Source: Perkinsela sp. CCAP 1560/9 (Eukaryota; Protista; Euglenozoa: Kinetoplastea). Taken from it: a DNA stretch of 64,000 nucleotides. The notes under the pieces are model-generated. The model searched no databases, was not told the origin of the DNA, and saw only the letters and a list, made by a program, of their open reading frames with translations. The stretch covers positions 930,001 to 994,000 of the forward strand of contig CBFFSA010000001.1 in the NCBI GenBank assembly GCA_965644495.1. Direction: 5' to 3'. The stretch's first letter is position 1. Each line of letters starts with the position of its first letter. Positions 62,834-64,000 of the stretch are shown in pieces. The position numbers and the translations under genes are program-made.

Positions 62834-63715
62834 ATGACTTTCGGTTACTCCATGGCACAGCACTTTCGGTTACGTCCATATTTGCCTTCGGTCATATCGG
62901 GAATTATTCTAATTGGATGTGTCATATACCGTAGAATAAGAGGAGTTGTGTTTCTTCAAAAGAACTTTTATCGACAGTGCAAGTTGGCTTTGAAAGTCCC
63001 GTTGAGTCACGATACGTACGTTTTTCGATTCCTTTTGCCCAAAAATGCAGTTCTTGGATTGGACGCAGGACAACATATATTTTTACGTACCTGCATTGAT
63101 GGGAAAACGGTAGCTCGGCCATATACACCTGTATCTTCCGTAAATGCAAAGGGATACTTTGATCTTCTTGTGAAAGTTTATGAACCATACGGCCAAAAGA
63201 AAGGTGGTATCATGACACAGTATTTGAAATCACTTTCAACAGGATCAACATTGGACGTTATGGGACCAAAGGGGAAATTTGTATATCATGGAATGGGAAA
63301 ATATGGTATATTGAACACGGAAATACGAAGATGCAAACGTATTGGAATGATTGCAGGAGGCACGGGAATAACACCCATGCTGCAAATAATTCACGCCGTG
63401 CTGAAAGATGCGAAAGATAAAACTAAGATGTACCTTCTATTCTCAAATTGCGCGAAATCTGATATATTATGTCGTTCGGAGCTTGATAATTTGATGGAAG
63501 ATTCACGCTTTACCGTAACGTATACATTAACTAAAGACTTCAGTAAGGATAAGGAGATTACGGGGCGAGTAGATGAGCCAATGATTTCCATGTACCTACC
63601 TTGTCCTCACGCAGATACATTATTTCTTATTTGTGGTCCATCTGGGCTAGTACGACTATCTCAACAGCTACTCAATAGAATTGGACACGATAGAAAAAAC
63701 ATATTCTCTTTTTAG
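62834..63715 (+). CDS. NADH-cytochrome b5 reductase
   Basis: N-terminal TM, LSHDT..FRF, RPYTPVS, GIMTQYL, GPKG, GMIAGGTGITPMLQ, CGP. Confidence 0.93.
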   Translation: MTFGYSMAQHFRLRPYLPSVISGIILIGCVIYRRIRGVVFLQKNFYRQCKLALKVPLSHDTYVFRFLLPKNAVLGLDAGQHIFLRTCIDGKTVARPYTPVSSVNAKGYFDLLVKVYEPYGQKKGGIMTQYLKSLSTGSTLDVMGPKGKFVYHGMGKYGILNTEIRRCKRIGMIAGGTGITPMLQIIHAVLKDAKDKTKMYLLFSNCAKSDILCRSELDNLMEDSRFTVTYTLTKDFSKDKEITGRVDEPMISMYLPCPHADTLFLICGPSGLVRLSQQLLNRIGHDRKNIFSF

Positions 63716-64000
63716 AAGATTATTTGCGTCGTTTATTATCTTAGATATAACGTATTTATTTGACGGCGTTATTACGATTAAGATTTTGAAGTAAAATGTG
63801 AAATAATCACGTCATAATATGAAGAGTACGCCATAATCTAAATACTGCTTTTGCAGGCAAGCAAGCAACGATACCTCTTTCGAAAAAAACGCAACTTTTC
63901 ACGACAGCGAGAAAGTGCTTCATTTGAATAGAGGAGAAAGGCTTTCGAGATAGTGGTACTTTTCCCCCAAGTTGTTTGCCCCCCCCCTAGTCACTACGTT

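Noticed and set aside
1-64000. CRISPR arrays, tRNA, rRNA, prokaryotic operon or defence system
   Set aside because: None seen; gene content is eukaryotic and the IS-like transposases are eukaryotic Merlin/Tc1 types

Overview
Eukaryotic, kinetoplastid-type DNA. About 28 intronless host genes all lie head-to-tail on the + strand, as in one polycistronic directional gene cluster. Lineage markers are an RNA-editing helicase REH2-like gene, a euglenozoan ATP synthase subunit ATPEG3-like gene and polypyrimidine-AG trans-splice acceptors. The compact layout plus Merlin DNA transposons suggest a Perkinsela/bodonid-like organism (inference only). Housekeeping genes include HIBCH, an actin-related protein, Swc2/YL1, MER3/HFM1, Ulp1, uL3m, TMA16, a DHS-like gene, Y14, a sugar porter, HemK, RRP4, gamma-GCS, cytochrome b5 reductase and three dispersed LRR paralogs. 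Three intergenic islands (about 5.4-11.7 kb, 34.1-38.3 kb and 46.8-50.1 kb) hold nested DNA transposons whose TIRs and TSDs can be read directly. They include a Tc1 element carrying an intact Merlin and a Merlin-type MITE, a truncated duplicate of that compound element, and a hAT with an atypical 6-bp TSD inserted into the TIR of a pogo-like element. The most unusual signal is a recurrent, same-polarity switch from C(A)-rich to G(T)-rich sequence inside unrelated genes (about 1.6, 23.1, 39.9, 56.4 and 59.5 kb). It affects synonymous sites and remodels proteins, and it looks like a set of localized strand-asymmetry foci (candidate replication origins or G4/fold-back elements). Two GC-rich hairpin islands are candidate structured RNAs. 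All protein assignments come from motif recognition; no database search was run.
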